A stretch of DNA of 44,074 nt from a virus, in UHGV virus genome UHGV-0043902, one strand, 5' to 3'. The notes under the pieces were generated by a model. The model did not search any database, was not told where the DNA came from, and saw only the letters and a list, made by a program, of their open reading frames with translations. Positions 18,775 through 28,065 of this stretch are shown here, piece after piece. Made by a program: the position numbers and the translations under genes. The number at the start of each line of letters is the position of its first letter. The first letter of the stretch is position 1.

Positions 18775-20089
18775 TGTTCAGGCTCCCTTGAGTGTTAATT
18801 TTTGCCAGACGACGCCCCGGAATTTTGAAGGCACTCAGCCAGACGTTCGGATCGCCCTGATATTCAGTAATGCGACGCCCGGCTTCATCGTTGCGGATAC
18901 GTTTATGCAGTTGCCCCTGCGTACTCATCATTTCTTTTTCGATGGACTGACGGGCGGCACTGAAAATTGCGTCCTCAAGCACAGCCAGCGTTGCAGAATC
19001 CGCAATCGCGCGAATATTGACGTCCTTATGTGCTGGAGAGTGTTTCTGCATAGCGATTAGCGCACGCTTGCGGTAGTCCAGCGCATTTTCACCAGAAAAC
19101 GGTGCTGGCGCGTTTTTACCGCAGGCACTGAATGCGGAGTCGGCTTTTGCCTGCGCTTCTGCCAGGGCAGAATCATTGCGTTCTTTTTCTGCCTCCTCGT
19201 CGGCCTTACGCTGTTCTTCTGCTTCGGAATCAGCCTTTGCTTTCTCCTCAGCATCTTTGGCTGCTGCCTCGTCAGCTTTGGCTTTTTCTTCCGCCTCCTT
19301 TGCCGCAGCTTCATCAGCTTTACGCTGTTCCTCTGCGGCTTCATCGGCTTTGGCCTTTTCTTCGGTCTCTTTTTTCGCCTGCTCTTCGGCATCCGCCCGC
19401 GCTTTGTCCCGCTGTTCCAGTGAGTCCATGCGCGTAACGACACCATCGATTTTCTGATTAATGCCTTGCAGGGCATCGCTCACAACCCCCTGTAACAGGG
19501 CCTGGAGTTCTTCTTTTTCCATCTCGATTTCACCTGTGTTTGTCACTTCAACCCCTGCGGGGATCCGGTCTTTATCCCACACGCCCAGCGAGCCGTGGGC
19601 TTTCGTCACCAGGGCGATGTGATCAACCAGGAAAGGAACGCCCTCGATTAAAAAATTGGTGTCACCTTCCTGTACTTCCACATTTCCTGATGTGCTGTTG
19701 AACACCACCGACGGGCTTGTCGAAACATCCCCCTCAGCGATTTCTTCAACAATGCTCTGGAGGTAAACGCGGCACACCGCCCATACCTCATCACCCCGGA
19801 TATACGGCAGCATGACGCTACCGACGATCCGCGATTTAAAATCCTCCTCCGTCAGAACTGCGTCGTCAGGATGGTTTGCGATAACCGGAAGGCCATTGCA
19901 TCGCCTTAAAAACTCCTCGTTCAGATAGAGCTTTGGATCACGCCAGACGTGCTCTTTCAGCCCGGCGCGATAGGCAAGCCCGGTTCCGGTTATTCGCAAA
20001 TTCACCAGCCACATGTTGGAGAATTTCACCGGAGACGGTACGGTTCCGTCCCTGATGCGTTCTGCCACTTCAAGCTCGGTTAAACTCAC
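18767..20089 (-). CDS. Head scaffold or protease-scaffold protein with charged coiled-coil repeat region
   Basis: 440 aa; central low-complexity E/K/A repeats (KADEAA.EQRKADEAAAKEAEEKAKAD...); located between the head morphogenesis and capsid genes. Confidence 0.5.
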   Translation of the reverse strand: MSLTELEVAERIRDGTVPSPVKFSNMWLVNLRITGTGLAYRAGLKEHVWRDPKLYLNEEFLRRCNGLPVIANHPDDAVLTEEDFKSRIVGSVMLPYIRGDEVWAVCRVYLQSIVEEIAEGDVSTSPSVVFNSTSGNVEVQEGDTNFLIEGVPFLVDHIALVTKAHGSLGVWDKDRIPAGVEVTNTGEIEMEKEELQALLQGVVSDALQGINQKIDGVVTRMDSLEQRDKARADAEEQAKKETEEKAKADEAAEEQRKADEAAAKEAEEKAKADEAAAKDAEEKAKADSEAEEQRKADEEAEKERNDSALAEAQAKADSAFSACGKNAPAPFSGENALDYRKRALIAMQKHSPAHKDVNIRAIADSATLAVLEDAIFSAARQSIEKEMMSTQGQLHKRIRNDEAGRRITEYQGDPNVWLSAFKIPGRRLAKINTQGSLNNG

Positions 20090-20903
20090 GTTTGCCCTTC
20101 TCCGTTAAAAATTCGTCGGGTAGTTTCTGAGGGGCGTAGATCGGCAGTGCATCGCAACTGCAATAAACCTCCTCCCCGGCAGCAGTGATTTCGTCATAAA
20201 AACCATATACGGGCTTAATCAGCCCCTGCTCCAGCGCCCACGAATCGCGGAGGAGGTAAATTTTCTCGTCGCGCTCTTTGTGGTCCTGTCGGTATTTGTA
20301 GCCCGGACGCCGCCAGTTAGAATGCCAGCGCAGAGCAATCGCTCCACTCTGAACAGCCAGCAGATACTTAACGTTGTTTGCCAGCTTATGCCCCTGATCA
20401 ATTGCCACCCGGCGACTGATAAAATCCATATCCTTCACGGACTTCTGAAAACCGGACTTCACTTCCCGGCGATCAATTTCGCTCACCCCGTCAGGCGGAA
20501 TGGCCGTAACCCATCCCTGAAAACGCTGTATGGTTTTCTCGATAGCCTGTTCGCGGTTGAGTTTTATCAGGTTGGCACTGGCGAAAATTCGCCTGTCGAG
20601 TTCCTTACGAAACTCAGGTTTCAGTTTTTCAACAGTGATTTTTTTAGGGCCATCAGGAGGCTGATCCCGTAATGCCCCGCCGTCGATGACAAGACGGCTG
20701 TAGATAGCGGTGAGATGTTTTCTGGCTACGGTATCATCAGGGGTTTCTCGCTGAGCGGCTACACGGAGTTTCCGGCACCATTCGAGCAATGATTTTTCGC
20801 TATCCCACCCGTGATTTACGTAGTAGTTAACGGCATCCGTCAGAACCTCATACAGCGTCCTGATCCGTTTCTTCTTCCTCACCGCCCGGCTGGAAATTGC
20901 CAT
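20070..20903 (-). CDS. Head morphogenesis protein (SPP1 gp7 / Mu F-like minor head protein)
   Basis: ORF track 20070..21041; start at ATG 20903 with SD aggagacgcctgATG; follows the portal. Confidence 0.45.
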   Translation of the reverse strand: MAISSRAVRKKKRIRTLYEVLTDAVNYYVNHGWDSEKSLLEWCRKLRVAAQRETPDDTVARKHLTAIYSRLVIDGGALRDQPPDGPKKITVEKLKPEFRKELDRRIFASANLIKLNREQAIEKTIQRFQGWVTAIPPDGVSEIDRREVKSGFQKSVKDMDFISRRVAIDQGHKLANNVKYLLAVQSGAIALRWHSNWRRPGYKYRQDHKERDEKIYLLRDSWALEQGLIKPVYGFYDEITAAGEEVYCSCDALPIYAPQKLPDEFLTEKGKREFNRA

Positions 20904-22284
20904 CAGGCGTCTCCTGCTTCGGTGGTTCATAATTCGCCAGCGCGTCCACATCAATGATGAGTGGAGCTTCGCCATAGGTTTGCGTGGCATTAACAAGGCT
21001 TGCCAGCCATTCAGTGACGGCGGCACGGTTTTCAGGATCAACCTGTGGCGACACGGCAGAGAAAAGTGCTATCGCCTGTTGAATCACTTTACTGTCGCTT
21101 TCCCGGCGTTTGTCCGGCGACTCCTCCACCAGCTCCTGCCATGTCGCGGTAAATTCACGTCGCCACTGGTAAAACGTGGTTTTATAGTCATCAGTTATGA
21201 TGTCCGGGTAATCATTTTTCAGCGACTGATAAAATTCCTCGTTCCAGGCGATGTACTGCACCAGGCGTTCGAAATAATCCATCACGGGTTCAATCTGCTG
21301 GCGTACACCATCGATATACTGGCTGATAGCTTTCGAGTCCTCCTTACCTTCACCGAATCCGTTACTGAACGCTTCTTCCTTGATAATAATGGCCGGAACG
21401 TCACTCCCGGCGGCAATATCAGCAATGATGTTGTCGCGGGATGTATTCAGCGCCCCGTCGATGTTTTGCAGGTTCAGTGAACTTACATCTTCGTCTTTTC
21501 CAATACTCAACACGCCTTTATTTTTGGCGGCTTTCACGTTTTCCCTTTTACGCCCCGTGGCAGCAGCCATGATCCCGTCAATTTTCGAACCGTTCTGCAC
21601 AACTTTAGCCACCAGTACGCCTGCCTTCTGGCTGACGAGATCATTCGCCTCCATCGTATTGATATAGGATTTCAGGGAATAAAGAACTCGCTGAAACACG
21701 CTTCGCCCGGTGAATCCGAACGATGAACTCTGAAACTCCAGATAAATCGGTGTGCCGTTGAAGATTTTCAGTGTGCGTGACGGATGCCAGTCTTTTCCGC
21801 CAATCTTCAGTTTTTTATTGGCTTCCTGGAAAAACGGGCTGTTGGGGTTCTGGTCAGTCACCATCGAACCGGAAGCGTTCAACGGGTCCCACGCGTTGAT
21901 ATACACGTCATCTTCTGTCAGTCCGAACGTCGGAAGCGGTTCACGACATGAAACACTGTCGGTGCCCACGCCGATCGCTGCGGCACCGTAGCAACGAGAC
22001 AGAAAAAACAGATTTTTAATCTTCTCGTTAACCTTCATACGTTCCCATACCTCCTGGAAACGCCGCACAACCCGCTCGTCAGGGTCTGTCTCCACGTTGT
22101 ACTGGCGCGGCTTACACATCGCCATCAGTATGGGTTTTTCGACAAGTTTCCCGCCCAGCGGGTGGTACTGCCACAGCAGTTTACACAGTTCATAGCCAAT
22201 GTCGGTTCCCGGCTGAATTTCTTCAGCCTCAAGAATGCGCATCAACGAAGAACTGAGATTTACAGAAATCTCGATCTCAGCCAT
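20848..22284 (-). CDS. Portal protein
   Basis: 478 aa ORF immediately downstream of terminase large subunit; acidic C-terminus. Confidence 0.6.
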   Translation of the reverse strand: MAEIEISVNLSSSLMRILEAEEIQPGTDIGYELCKLLWQYHPLGGKLVEKPILMAMCKPRQYNVETDPDERVVRRFQEVWERMKVNEKIKNLFFLSRCYGAAAIGVGTDSVSCREPLPTFGLTEDDVYINAWDPLNASGSMVTDQNPNSPFFQEANKKLKIGGKDWHPSRTLKIFNGTPIYLEFQSSSFGFTGRSVFQRVLYSLKSYINTMEANDLVSQKAGVLVAKVVQNGSKIDGIMAAATGRKRENVKAAKNKGVLSIGKDEDVSSLNLQNIDGALNTSRDNIIADIAAGSDVPAIIIKEEAFSNGFGEGKEDSKAISQYIDGVRQQIEPVMDYFERLVQYIAWNEEFYQSLKNDYPDIITDDYKTTFYQWRREFTATWQELVEESPDKRRESDSKVIQQAIALFSAVSPQVDPENRAAVTEWLASLVNATQTYGEAPLIIDVDALANYEPPKQETPDGNFQPGGEEEETDQDAV

Positions 22285-22303
22285 CAGAAAAAAATCCAGA
22301 TTT

Positions 22304-23632
22304 TTACAATTCCGCGTAATTACCGTGCGCGATGATCAATCCATAGGTGTAACAATCGAAAAGGTCATCAGCACGTTTATGCGCATCTTTGTCTGCCAGG
22401 TGGAACCCGGCGATTTGTTTTATGAGGTGGTTTGCGGTGGTGCGTTTGAATGAAACGGTCTTGTCGTAAGCCTCCCGGACGATTTTGCACATCCCCTGAT
22501 AGTGGTAGCTGGATGCCATCACCGCCCGTTCGTCTTTGCCCTTGCTGGTTAGTGCCGATTTAATCGGCGTCATATCCCAGCCTTCGGTTTCCGCCTTCTG
22601 GTTGAGGATTGCCCCCATCGCGGCGTCTTCCATAAAAATACCCTGGCTGCCCAGACGCGGACGGCATAATTTCGCGAGGCGCTCGAGGTTGTCATAAACG
22701 CCGGGGATATACTCAGGAAGCAATGACGCTTTAATTTGCGTCACATCCCAGTCAATAATCGTCAGTTTTGGCTCGTCCGAATACGTTGACTCATAAGAGA
22801 AATACACCACGCCAGTACCATCATTTTCGGTCCCGCCTTTCAGCGCCGTATCCATCACTGCGAAAATCATGTCGCAGTACGGCGGCATCTCAATTGGTTG
22901 ACCGTCCACCAGCAGCTTATCGACATCGAGTAACGCGTCTTTGGACCAGTCTACGAACTCTGCAAGATATTCCTGCTGCCAGACGCGCGGATCGGATTTT
23001 TTCTCCGTTTCCTCCAGTTCTTCTTTCGGAATATACGGATTCGATGAAGTTGGCGCATGGTGCATAACAAATCCCAGGGATTCATCGTGGCATATCGCGT
23101 AGAAAAAATTGCTCTCGTCGATACCGTTTGGTGTGGAAAATACCCACGCACAGCCGCGGTAATCGACAAGCGTCGGGCGTATCGCTCGGGGCCAGATTTC
23201 CTCGAGCATTTCCGGCGATTTAGTGAATGCGGCCTCATCAATCAGCACAGCGTGATATTTACGCCCACGCCCGGCCAGTTTGTTATTGTCCGTTACCCAA
23301 AAGTCGATGCGCCCCCCATTACGGAGAATGATGCGCTTTTCATTTTTTGACTGACTGAGGATCAGCGGTTGCAGAACGGCGCTAATTTCATCCCAGATTT
23401 CCTGGTACTGGCGGTATTGCGCGGTAAAAATCCCCACCCTACCCGCGATAAGTTGCCCGGTGGTAGGAACGGCAAATTTTCGCGTAGCGAAACTGGTAGC
23501 GATGTTCACCAGCATCACCGTTTTACCCCAGCGACGACCACAGCATACCGCGTGGAAGCGTTCCTCTATTGCCGCCGTCCATGCAGCTATTTGCCCCTCA
23601 TGAGGTTTTGGGAGGTAGATTTCAATCGACAT
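22304..23632 (-). CDS. Terminase large subunit
   Basis: 442 aa; Walker A-like CGRRWGKT and Walker B-like VLIDEAAF; C-terminal nuclease-like acidic residues. Confidence 0.85.
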   Translation of the reverse strand: MSIEIYLPKPHEGQIAAWTAAIEERFHAVCCGRRWGKTVMLVNIATSFATRKFAVPTTGQLIAGRVGIFTAQYRQYQEIWDEISAVLQPLILSQSKNEKRIILRNGGRIDFWVTDNNKLAGRGRKYHAVLIDEAAFTKSPEMLEEIWPRAIRPTLVDYRGCAWVFSTPNGIDESNFFYAICHDESLGFVMHHAPTSSNPYIPKEELEETEKKSDPRVWQQEYLAEFVDWSKDALLDVDKLLVDGQPIEMPPYCDMIFAVMDTALKGGTENDGTGVVYFSYESTYSDEPKLTIIDWDVTQIKASLLPEYIPGVYDNLERLAKLCRPRLGSQGIFMEDAAMGAILNQKAETEGWDMTPIKSALTSKGKDERAVMASSYHYQGMCKIVREAYDKTVSFKRTTANHLIKQIAGFHLADKDAHKRADDLFDCYTYGLIIAHGNYAEL

Positions 23633-24713
23633 TATCCACTCCCGGCATCGGCAAAGAGTTGTGGATAATTATTTCGTTATTCTCACCACCCACGCCTTTT
23701 TTGAGGTTTTCAATCTCAGTGCGCAGCTTTTCGTTCCGAAGCCTCAGTCCTTCAAGCTCCAGATCATTGCGACTGTCAGTTGCACCACCAGCAGAACTTC
23801 CTTTCGTCGCCATTATCAGCTTGATAAGTTCGCGCCGGGCGGCAGCCTTATTCTCCAGCAGGATCTCAACACCAAATTTCCCGAGCTTTGCCCCTGCATA
23901 TAATTGCCGCGCATCCCCATCAAGCAGAGTGGTATCAGCCATATAAAGCTGCCCCGTTCCCTCACCGCAGCACTTCGGGCAGTCCGGATTGGGTATGGCG
24001 TTATCAACAAAGCCGAGGCCTCCATATTCCGGCTCGGGTTTGCCATCTCTGGAGGCCTGTGCCGCTGCCTTATCGAATTCTGCAATATCACGCCACTGGT
24101 AGAGATGATTCTCGCCCCAGCAATAACGGCAGTTAACACGGCGAAATTGTGCCAACTGATTGGGGTCGGCCTGGACAATGGCCATCAACTGACTCACCAG
24201 TAAATCCAGGTCTGCGGTATAGCGTTTCTGGTACTGATTGCGGAAGTAGCTGATGGCACGATAAACCTTAGGATTTCTTAGGAGCTGGCTGGCGGTTACG
24301 TAGGCCGCATTCCCCTCTGACTCGTATCCTGCCAGGCGATATGCCTCAACGAGTTTTTTCCCCTGGGCAACCAGCATTGCGAATTTCGCCTGCTGGTCTG
24401 AAATACCGAATTCATCGGGACAGAACGAAATTTCTTCCGCATCGCCCTCATTCAGGTACGCATCGGATACTGGCTTTTTTTCCTGAGATTTTCCGTTCCG
24501 CTTTTGCGCAGTCTGCGCAGGTTTTTTCTGCGCACTTTTTTGCGCAGTTTTGCGCAATTCTGCCTGCGCATTTTTCGGAGGTTTTTTGATGTAACGACGG
24601 GCTGTTGCGTAATTCAGTCCCCTTGCTTCACACCATGCCACCGGAGATATACCGGAGCGGGTGTATTCAGCAATATACTCCTGCTGCAACGCCCCCCAGT
24701 CCGGTCTGCTCAT
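23622..24713 (-). CDS. Terminase small subunit (Terminase_2-like core with extra N-terminal HTH and C-terminal Cys4 region)
   Basis: 363 aa; core motif AKFAMLVAQGKKLVEAYRLAGYES...ASQLLRNPKV; N-terminal GLNYATARRYIK HTH; C-terminal CRYC...CPKCC; overlaps the TerL start by 11 nt. Confidence 0.7.
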   Translation of the reverse strand: MSRPDWGALQQEYIAEYTRSGISPVAWCEARGLNYATARRYIKKPPKNAQAELRKTAQKSAQKKPAQTAQKRNGKSQEKKPVSDAYLNEGDAEEISFCPDEFGISDQQAKFAMLVAQGKKLVEAYRLAGYESEGNAAYVTASQLLRNPKVYRAISYFRNQYQKRYTADLDLLVSQLMAIVQADPNQLAQFRRVNCRYCWGENHLYQWRDIAEFDKAAAQASRDGKPEPEYGGLGFVDNAIPNPDCPKCCGEGTGQLYMADTTLLDGDARQLYAGAKLGKFGVEILLENKAAARRELIKLIMATKGSSAGGATDSRNDLELEGLRLRNEKLRTEIENLKKGVGGENNEIIIHNSLPMPGVDNVD

Positions 24714-24716
24714 CAG

Positions 24717-24968
24717 TTAGTCCTGATTTTTATCCACCCTGAGTAGTTCGCGCAGGGCAAAGGCATCCCCTTTTCTGGCAAGCTTAAACAATGCCGCCCG
24801 TAGCTCGGCTTCACCTTTCGCTCTGCCCTTACGGATGGACGCATAAAAATTTGTCATTGCTTCCCGATTTTCTTTCAGTCGGTTCAGATCAACATCCAGA
24901 ACGTCAGCGATTTGTTGTGCAGTCATCCGGCACGCTGCCAGAGACTCGACTTTCGAATACGGAATCAT
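24717..24968 (-). CDS. Small HTH-like protein, hypothetical
   Basis: 83 aa; SD gggggtgacaaATG; helix-rich with basic stretch. Confidence 0.4.
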   Translation of the reverse strand: MIPYSKVESLAACRMTAQQIADVLDVDLNRLKENREAMTNFYASIRKGRAKGEAELRAALFKLARKGDAFALRELLRVDKNQD

Positions 24969-25854
24969 TTGTCACCCCCATTGATATGCAGGGTGTCTTC
25001 TTCCTGTATTTTTCGTGAAGGATTTTTACTGCAGCGTTGTTCCAGGTGACCTGATGGTGAATGCGTTTATGGCTGGCACCCATCAGTGAAATTTTTACAC
25101 ACGACGGCGCATACATGACGGAGTAAAAACTTTTAACGTAGGTTCCGGAATCCAGATACAGCTCGGTCATTCCGCCGCTGTTTTTCTGCGTCTGTTTCTG
25201 CCCTAACTGGACAGCACCGATCGTCATAAACAATTCACCACGGCGACCGAGATTCGTGTACGTATTCACATCCTCGTTAATGCGCCCCATGAATGAGAAC
25301 GGTCGATCAACCGAACAGATAAAGCTGTTCATTGCCTTGCGTTTCACCCATGAAGCATGGCCGCCATTGTCACCAAGAAAATCCCCGCCCTGCGACATAG
25401 CGATGGAAAGAGCAGGTATTGATTCGTAATACGCCAGCATTTCAGAAAGGATCGCATCCAGTTTCCTTATCGGAAAATAGGCCTGGTCATAGTTGCGATC
25501 CACCCGAAACTGAAACTCGTGATAATCATCATCGAGCTGAATGAAGTATTTACACCCGACCTTTTTTGCCAGGTCGAAACAGGCATTACGGGCGTAAAAA
25601 ATTGAGCGACGATCACCGAAATTATCGGCTTCGTCAAAACGACTGGCGATTTCGGCTTTGGAAAACACCAGCACCTGTTCACCAAATTCTGCTATGTACT
25701 GATGCCGGGTTTTATCTTCATCATCAACGACGATAAAAATTTTCCCGGTATAGCCAGCACGACGCAAAGTCCGGTAAGTCAGAACTTTGTCCGGTCGCCC
25801 ATGAGTCAGAATAAAGGCGCAAAAATCATCACGCATATTCCTCCTCCCCGCCAT
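24904..25854 (-). CDS. Putative glycosyltransferase-like protein (GT-A-like N-terminus with DxD-type acidic motifs), soluble
   Basis: 316 aa; FILTHGRPD resembles the GT2 (I/V)PTYNRP motif; VVDDEDK and QLDDDYHEF acidic motifs; start overlaps the ParB-like gene by 26 nt. Confidence 0.4.
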   Translation of the reverse strand: MAGRRNMRDDFCAFILTHGRPDKVLTYRTLRRAGYTGKIFIVVDDEDKTRHQYIAEFGEQVLVFSKAEIASRFDEADNFGDRRSIFYARNACFDLAKKVGCKYFIQLDDDYHEFQFRVDRNYDQAYFPIRKLDAILSEMLAYYESIPALSIAMSQGGDFLGDNGGHASWVKRKAMNSFICSVDRPFSFMGRINEDVNTYTNLGRRGELFMTIGAVQLGQKQTQKNSGGMTELYLDSGTYVKSFYSVMYAPSCVKISLMGASHKRIHHQVTWNNAAVKILHEKYRKKTPCISMGVTNDSVFESRVSGSVPDDCTTNR

Positions 25855-26617
25855 GCATGATCTCCACCATGCACTGAGTCATCCGGACAAAACCATTTTC
25901 AATAGCCTGCTGATAATCAATGATCACCAGTGCCGACTCTTCGAAAAGCGCCTGAACTTCAGCGGGCGCATGAGCGTAATAGCCCGCAATTCTGCTGAAA
26001 TTAAATACTGTGTGGCGTTCTGCCGCACACAGGAGGAATTTTTCGATATCAGGATCAAGGGACGCCGAACGTATCCGGCTGACCAGCTCCTGAGTTTTCG
26101 TATCGTCGTACAGTTCGCCGATATCCGGTTTATCGCCCGACGGCTCATAAACAGGCGTATCAATTTTCGTCGTGTACGGCTCCTCCTCATTTCCTGTACC
26201 TGGCAAAACATCCGTCAACAGTTCATCAATTTCTGTCGGGCTGAATCCTGTCAGGGAGATATCAAAATCAGCATTGATTAGCTCCGACAGTTCCACCCGT
26301 AACAGTTCTTCATCCCAGCCAGCGTTGAGCGGCAGGCGATTATCTGCCAGGCGGTACGCCTTTTTTTGGTCATCCGTCAGACCAGACAGAACAATGACCG
26401 GAACCGAATCCATTTTGAGCACCTCAGCCGCCATCACGCGACCGTGACCAGCAATAATTTCGCCCTTTTCGTCAATCAGCACCGGATTGGTCCAGCCGAA
26501 TTGCTTAATGCTTTCTACCAGTTGTGCCACCTGCTCAGGGCTGTGTGTCCTGGCGTTGTGCGCATACGGAGACAGTTTTTGTAACGGGCGATAGACGATC
26601 TTCAATTTCTCGCTCAT
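25829..26617 (-). CDS. ParB N-terminal (ParB/Srx-fold) domain protein
   Basis: 262 aa; LIDEKGEIIAGHGRVMAA matches the ParB-box GxxR motif region; SD gaggctgtATG. Confidence 0.7.
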   Translation of the reverse strand: MSEKLKIVYRPLQKLSPYAHNARTHSPEQVAQLVESIKQFGWTNPVLIDEKGEIIAGHGRVMAAEVLKMDSVPVIVLSGLTDDQKKAYRLADNRLPLNAGWDEELLRVELSELINADFDISLTGFSPTEIDELLTDVLPGTGNEEEPYTTKIDTPVYEPSGDKPDIGELYDDTKTQELVSRIRSASLDPDIEKFLLCAAERHTVFNFSRIAGYYAHAPAEVQALFEESALVIIDYQQAIENGFVRMTQCMVEIMHGGEEEYA

Positions 26618-26741
26618 ACAGCCTCGCTTGATGAATAAAAAAGCTCACTAACAGCCAGTGCGCTGGGTGCGCGGCGGGTGCTGTTGGTGAGCCTGGCATT
26701 ATCGCAGCCCATCGCTGTGTGAAGGGCTGCTGTAATGCCTG

Positions 26742-27041
26742 TTACTCAGTAACTACCGCACCTTCCGGTAACTCCATACCAGCAAATACCGGACAACCAG
26801 GATGACGATCATCTTCTGTTGCTTCCAGCATTGACTCACCAAACCACTCCGTCGTGGCGCGACCATCAGCTGCTTTGTAGTGGATCAAGTACTGGTTTTC
26901 GCCATCCGCATACTGCGCACGGGCTTTAACCTCACCCCATTCATCACTGATGCGCATCTCCACCAGTTGAGACAACTCAAACTTAAACGGAGCAGCATCA
27001 GCACCAATTACAATCGGTTTGTTTTCTGTTTTTTCCATCAT
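26742..27041 (-). CDS. Hypothetical protein, about 99 aa
   Basis: ORF track 26742..27089; ATG-ATG at about 27041 with SD caggagacgATGATG. Confidence 0.4.
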   Translation of the reverse strand: MMEKTENKPIVIGADAAPFKFELSQLVEMRISDEWGEVKARAQYADGENQYLIHYKAADGRATTEWFGESMLEATEDDRHPGCPVFAGMELPEGAVVTE

Positions 27042-27212
27042 CGTCTCCTGATATTGAAGCCCGTCGCCGCACCGGGCACTGATCAACATTTGAGTATTCG
27101 CGGCAACAGAAAGAATTTATTTTATTGAGTAGCCACAAACACAGAATTTCATGCTTTCCGGACACTGGCGCATCCTTCATTTTTCAGCAAAATATTCTGC
27201 TATTACAGGCGA

Positions 27213-27395
27213 TCAGTTCTGCATACACTGCCGAACACCGTCGACAATTTCACAGACCTGAGAAGCTGTATCGAAAAGCTGGCGCGCCTTATTCAGGCTG
27301 ACGCATCCCACCAATAAAAAAGGCACCAGTATCGCTACCAGTGCCCATTTCGCTGCCGTTCGCGGCATTCTATGTGTCCAGTGTTTTCGACTCAT
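27213..27395 (-). CDS. Small lipoprotein (possible o-spanin-like lysis accessory; partner i-spanin not identified)
   Basis: ORF track 27213..27467; hydrophobic h-region plus lipobox LVGC in ..AAKWALVAILVPFLLVGC..; start slightly overlaps the endolysin 3' end. Confidence 0.45.
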   Translation of the reverse strand: MSRKHWTHRMPRTAAKWALVAILVPFLLVGCVSLNKARQLFDTASQVCEIVDGVRQCMQN

Positions 27396-27409
27396 AACTC
27401 GCCCGGCTA

Positions 27410-27793
27410 TCAGCGTTTCAATTGGAAGTGCGGCCCGTCCTTCAGCGTTTTCCAGTCCCCGCCCCATTCGATGGCGACTCCCAGCTCTGCGGCAGCCTGC
27501 TTAAATGCCTGTGCGATTTTCTCGTACAGAGGCCAGTCCCATGACACCTGGCTGCCAACATAAGCCACAACATCCACAGCATCACCGGTCAGGTGGCAGC
27601 TGTTCATGGTCTGGCTTTTCCCTTCCGCGACCAGCTGTTTCTGGCGTTCTTTCGTGCGCAGCCCTTCCGTAATACCGAAATCAACCTCCGTCAATTCCAG
27701 CGCACGGCGAACGACAGCAACCAGCTGTGGTTTGACGCCCTCCAGATTTTTTTTACTGCGACGACTGAATCTGAATTTACCCGACATGCTCAC
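27410..27793 (-). CDS. Endolysin, peptidase M15 family (L-alanyl-D-glutamate peptidase, T5-type)
   Basis: 127 aa; motifs VKPQLVAVVRRALEL, SCHLTGDAVD, GGDW...GPHFQL parallel the phage T5 endolysin. Confidence 0.85.
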   Translation of the reverse strand: MSMSGKFRFSRRSKKNLEGVKPQLVAVVRRALELTEVDFGITEGLRTKERQKQLVAEGKSQTMNSCHLTGDAVDVVAYVGSQVSWDWPLYEKIAQAFKQAAAELGVAIEWGGDWKTLKDGPHFQLKR

Positions 27794-28065
27794 CTCCGGA
27801 ATGAAAGGATTTTTGAAACGTTCCCGCGTGCGCGTATTACCAGCACGCAGAACAGCAGATTAAGCCCCACCGCCAGCCAGTTCGCCGCTAACGGGCGACC
27901 GCACAGATAGCTGAGTGGTGCAAAGGCATACAGCAGCATCAGCAGCCAGGCCAGCCATGACATCAGCGGTTTGTGTCTGGAATCACGGCGACGATAAAAA
28001 AAGAGCGTCAGCACGATAACCGTGCATAACGCTACATTCAGCAATCCGGGAATGTTACTTAACAT
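27790..28065 (-). CDS. Small membrane protein of the lysis cassette (holin/antiholin-like, about 3 TM segments)
   Basis: ORF track 27790..28119; ATG at 28065 with SD ggaggaggcggcaATG; strongly hydrophobic. Confidence 0.5.
   Translation of the reverse strand: MLSNIPGLLNVALCTVIVLTLFFYRRRDSRHKPLMSWLAWLLMLLYAFAPLSYLCGRPLAANWLAVGLNLLFCVLVIRARGNVSKILSFRR

Noticed and set aside
19057-19476. Minus-strand ORF 139 aa, extremely Lys/Arg-rich, and plus-strand ORFs 19132..19457
   Set aside because: Alternative frames through the repetitive scaffold coding region; implausible composition.
20980-21991. Plus-strand ORFs (166, 95 and 79 aa) inside the portal gene
   Set aside because: Antisense to a long, coupled structural gene; no SD; typical spurious antisense ORFs.
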